Assembly: GCA_050014195.1 (NCBI GenBank)
Contig: JBEKDT010000007.1
Coordinates: forward strand, 1 to 64,000
Length of the DNA: 64,000 bases
DNA from: Desulfomonilia bacterium
GTDB lineage: Bacteria; Desulfobacterota; Desulfomonilia; UBA1062
Direction of reading: 5' to 3'
Part shown: piece after piece, positions 60,535 through 64,000 of the stretch
Numbering within the stretch: the first letter of the stretch is position 1
Layout: each line of letters starts with the position of its first letter
Notes under the pieces: generated by a model
What the model was told of the DNA's origin: nothing
The model's database searches: none
Seen by the model: only the letters and a program-made list of their open reading frames with translations
Translations under genes and position numbers: made by a program

Positions 60535-61854
60535 ATGTCATCTTCAGGTGAAAATATCGTTGCCTGTCTCAACTGTGATCTCTTACAGCGAATTCCTCCA
60601 CTTCCGACCGGAGCTACGGCATGCTGTAAACGCTGCGGCCATTCAATGGCCTTCAACAAACCAGATTCTCTTAACAGGACCATGGCCCTGACATTTGCTG
60701 CAGCCATCGTTCTCATTATAGCCAACGTGACACCATTGATGGGACTTTCGGTTTCAGGGCGGCAGGCAAGTACAACGATTATCGGCGGCGCCTGGCAAAT
60801 GTGGCTCCAGGGTCAGCTGATAACGGCCATGCTCGTTGTATTCTGCACAGTGGTTTCGCCCGCCGTTTATATCGGGATCATGTGCATTATCCTGCTTTTT
60901 GTATGGCGGACTCAGGTTCCATGGTGGGTCTCTACACTTCTGCGCTGGTCTGAGTGGAATCAGTCCTGGGCCATGGTAGAGGTGATGATGCTCGGTATCC
61001 TAGTGTCGCTGATCAAGATTGGTGATCTTGCAACAGTGATTCCCGGGGTTGGCATGTTTGCAGCAGGCGCTCTTGTTGTACTGATTGCTGCGATGACGGT
61101 CAGTTTTGACCCGCATGAAGTGTGGCAGAGGGTTGAGTGGGTGGGCAATGAAATCCCACCAGATTTATCAGGCAGTCAATCCACTGCCTCAAGTGATAGA
61201 GCATCCATACATATACATACAGGCATGCTGACCGGAATCAACCTGGGACTAGTATCGTGCGAATCCTGCGGGCTTCTGACAACGCCGCTCGATATCAATG
61301 AGCCCGGCTATTGCCCTCGCTGCGGCGAAGAGCTTTCCCTCAGACGGTACGATTCAATCCAGCGTACATGGGCGCTCATCATCGCAGCGGTGATTTGCTA
61401 TGTCCCGGCCAACCTGCTACCTGTAATGGTGACGACCACGCTGATTGCCTCAGAGGGGACTACCATCATGAGTGGCGTTGTGTGGTTCTATATGACTGGT
61501 TCGTGGCCTCTGGCGCTGATTGTTCTTATCGCGAGCGTTGTTATTCCGCTCGCCAAAATTATCGCTCTAGCCTATCTGCTCATAACTGTCCAGCGCCGTT
61601 CGATCAAAGGGCAGCATGATCGGCTGCGGCTTTACAAGCTGATCGAGTTTGTGGGACGATGGTCCATGCTCGACGTGTTCGTCGTCACATTCACCGCGGC
61701 CCTGATTCAGATGCAACCGCTTATGTCTATCAAACCTGGAGCTGGAGTCCTTTTTTTCGCATCAGTGGTCGTGCTTTCCATGATAGCAGCCAGAAGCTTT
61801 GATCCCCGCGTGATATGGGATTCCGGCAACGAACAAGGAGTTCAATATGACTGA
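60535..61854 (+). CDS. pqiA: Paraquat-inducible protein A (two PqiA domains)
   Basis: Two CxxC..CxRC sets, WAMVEV, YVPANLLP, GRWSMLDVFVV, FDPRVIWD. Confidence 0.93.
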   Translation: MSSSGENIVACLNCDLLQRIPPLPTGATACCKRCGHSMAFNKPDSLNRTMALTFAAAIVLIIANVTPLMGLSVSGRQASTTIIGGAWQMWLQGQLITAMLVVFCTVVSPAVYIGIMCIILLFVWRTQVPWWVSTLLRWSEWNQSWAMVEVMMLGILVSLIKIGDLATVIPGVGMFAAGALVVLIAAMTVSFDPHEVWQRVEWVGNEIPPDLSGSQSTASSDRASIHIHTGMLTGINLGLVSCESCGLLTTPLDINEPGYCPRCGEELSLRRYDSIQRTWALIIAAVICYVPANLLPVMVTTTLIASEGTTIMSGVVWFYMTGSWPLALIVLIASVVIPLAKIIALAYLLITVQRRSIKGQHDRLRLYKLIEFVGRWSMLDVFVVTFTAALIQMQPLMSIKPGAGVLFFASVVVLSMIAARSFDPRVIWDSGNEQGVQYD

Positions 61855-63472
61855 CAAGATCGATCTTGCGAATGTCCCGGAGGCCTCCACCATACCGATG
61901 AGGCGAATGAGGCTTTCGGTGGTCTGGATCATTCCGCTCCTTGCTGCAATCGTCGCCTTGGGGATAGCGGTTCAGCGGATCATGACAGAGGGGCCGACTA
62001 TCACCATAATCTTCAATCAGGCCGAGGGTATTGAGGCGGGGAAAACCTTTGTTAAATACAAGGAAGTCAACATCGGCCAGGTGACGAAAGTAAAACTTTC
62101 AAAAGACTTCCGGAAAGTTGTGGTCACTGCGAAGATTGATAAAAGTGCGGCAAATCTCCTTGTTGATGATGCAAGATTCTGGATAGAGCAGCCACGCGCC
62201 ACCTTGAGCGGAGTATACGGCATCGGTACGCTGCTGTCAGGCAACTACATAGGATTGGAACCCGGAAAGTCCAAAAGTCAAAGGCGTGAGTTCACAGGCC
62301 TCGAGGTACCGCCAGCGATCACAATTGATCAGCCGGGCAGACGGTTTGTGTTGCAGGCTGACAGTTTCGGCTCGATAGGGAACGGCTCCCCTTTGTATTA
62401 CCGGCAGTTGAATGTGGGACAGGTGATCGACTATGATCTTACGGAGGGCGGGGGGGCAGTCAAGATGGAGATCTTCGTGCGCGCGCCTTACGATAAATTC
62501 GTCACAGATCAGACTCGTTTCTGGCAGTCCGGCGGCATCGACGTGTCTCTTGGGACAGAGGGTTTTTCCGTTCATACTCAGCCGGTATTGTCGATGTTGA
62601 TCGGCGGGATCGCCTTTGAAACGCCCCTCTCTGCTGTTAATCCCAAGCCTGCAGCCGAGAAAGCCGTCTTTAAACTCTTCAGCAACCGTACCGAGGCACT
62701 GGCGAATCCCGAAACGATTGTTTCGTATTACGTCCTGTATTTCAACGAGACGTTGCACGGACTCAATGTTGGTGCACCCGTTATGTTCCTCGGATTACCA
62801 ATAGGCGAAGTCACAGCCGTGGGTCTCGACTATAACCCAGATACGAATATTATTCGACCACGTGTTGACATAGTAATATACCCAACACGGTTCCTGAAAC
62901 ACGTGAAGAACCCATCTGATCTTTATGCAAGGGTCCAGAGCAAGACAGGGCGACATGACTTAATTCAAAATGCGACAGACCGAGGCTTCCGGCCCCAGTT
63001 GCGAAATGCGAATCTGTTGACAGGACAGCTCTATGTCGCATTTGACATCTTTCCGGATGCACCCAAGGTGAGTATTGACTGGACCAAGTCTCCAATTGAG
63101 CTGCCGGTGGTGTCGAGCGGTATGCAGGATTTGCAGAACAAGATAAGCAGCATTCTGGCCAAGATCGATAAAATCCCGATCGATGCCATTAGCGAAGATA
63201 TGAGGAATTCCCTTGCAAGGCTCAATGGGATGGTTCAGCGTATCGACGGAGAAACCCTCCCAGAGTTTAAAACCACGCTTGAAGAACTCAAGCGGGTACT
63301 CTCAAATACCAATGCCACGATGGTCGGCAAGGATGCGCCGACGCAACAGCAACTTCGAGAGACTCTCCAGGAGATCACAAAAGCTGCTCAGGGTGTCAGT
63401 GGACTCACCGAATATCTCGAGAGAAACCCCGAAGCCCTCATTCGAGGAAAAGCAGAGGAGAATCCACGATGA
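61847..63472 (+). CDS. pqiB: PqiB (multi-MCE-domain protein)
   Basis: SVVWIIP TM anchor, GIEAGKT, LLSGNYI, three MCE repeats, C-terminal YLERNPEALIRG. Confidence 0.93.
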   Translation: MTDKIDLANVPEASTIPMRRMRLSVVWIIPLLAAIVALGIAVQRIMTEGPTITIIFNQAEGIEAGKTFVKYKEVNIGQVTKVKLSKDFRKVVVTAKIDKSAANLLVDDARFWIEQPRATLSGVYGIGTLLSGNYIGLEPGKSKSQRREFTGLEVPPAITIDQPGRRFVLQADSFGSIGNGSPLYYRQLNVGQVIDYDLTEGGGAVKMEIFVRAPYDKFVTDQTRFWQSGGIDVSLGTEGFSVHTQPVLSMLIGGIAFETPLSAVNPKPAAEKAVFKLFSNRTEALANPETIVSYYVLYFNETLHGLNVGAPVMFLGLPIGEVTAVGLDYNPDTNIIRPRVDIVIYPTRFLKHVKNPSDLYARVQSKTGRHDLIQNATDRGFRPQLRNANLLTGQLYVAFDIFPDAPKVSIDWTKSPIELPVVSSGMQDLQNKISSILAKIDKIPIDAISEDMRNSLARLNGMVQRIDGETLPEFKTTLEELKRVLSNTNATMVGKDAPTQQQLRETLQEITKAAQGVSGLTEYLERNPEALIRGKAEENPR

Positions 63473-64000
63473 AAAGACCAGCACACATACTAACATTTAT
63501 AGTAATTGCTTATCTAATCACGGGATGCGCATCGTCTTCACCGTCACGTTTTTATACACTGAATTCCACTGTAGCACCGTCCGTGTTACCGCAGACTAAA
63601 TACTCGGTTTCAGTAGGTCCCGTCTCAGTACCGGCCGCCATCGATCGACTGCAAATAGTTGTTCGGACCGGTCCGAATCAGGTGTTCATCAACGAGTTTG
63701 ACCGTTGGGCCTCACCGCTCAAGGACGATATCGGGCGTGTCGTGGTTGATAACCTCGTTTCACAGCTTGGAACTACGCAAGTATCCACATACACCCAGGC
63801 GACGGCCGCAGGTGCATCATATCGCGTCATGATCGACGTTCTGCGTTTCGATTCGGAACTCGGTAAAGCAGCTACCCTGGATGCTCTTTGGACTGTGAGT
63901 TCCGTGAAGGATGGTAAGTATTATTGGGGTCGCACAACGCATACCGAAGCTACGCAAGGTGACGACTATGCAGCCCTTGTTGCGGCGCATAGCCGCACAC
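63469..64000 (+). CDS. pqiC: PqiC-like lipoprotein; runs off the window end
   Basis: MKRPAHILTFIVIAYLITGC lipobox, SRFYTL, VGPVSVPAAIDR, RWASPL. Overlaps the pqiB stop (ATGA). Confidence 0.85.
   Translation, partial: MKRPAHILTFIVIAYLITGCASSSPSRFYTLNSTVAPSVLPQTKYSVSVGPVSVPAAIDRLQIVVRTGPNQVFINEFDRWASPLKDDIGRVVVDNLVSQLGTTQVSTYTQATAAGASYRVMIDVLRFDSELGKAATLDALWTVSSVKDGKYYWGRTTHTEATQGDDYAALVAAHSRT

Overview
The window looks like chromosomal DNA from an anaerobic Desulfobacterota/deltaproteobacterium-type organism; this is inferred from gene content and the many sigma54 promoters. It has four parts. (1) 1-18.8 kb is a core nitrogen/pyrimidine block: the 5' end of amtB, a NifA-like GAF-AAA-HTH sigma54 activator, a three-gene split glutamate synthase, glnA, carA, a giant GlmS-like protein, carB and pyrG. 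(2) 18.9-26.6 kb holds miscellaneous genes: a tandem DUF3857/transglutaminase protein, an orphan glycyl-radical activating enzyme, a degenerate DnaG-like protein and an FAD oxidoreductase. (3) About 26.6-33.5 kb is an AT-rich, decaying integrated element. It carries a tyrosine integrase, parAB with a perfect 20-bp palindrome inside parB, and three ~600-bp units, each a palindrome, a conserved box and a degenerate ORF. (4) 33.6-64 kb is a mosaic accessory region of stress and signalling genes (fba, MgtC/DUF4010, ftsH, USPs, two-component genes, acyl-CoA ligase, HdeD x2, Mg-ATPase, PLD, pqiABC) with several gene remnants. The most striking observation is an in-frame intragenic inversion of ~86 bp (41485-41570) in one of two tandem paralogues; both orientations are open reading frames. 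All calls come from manual motif recognition and hand alignment, and no database searches were run. No rRNA, tRNA or CRISPR array was recognised.
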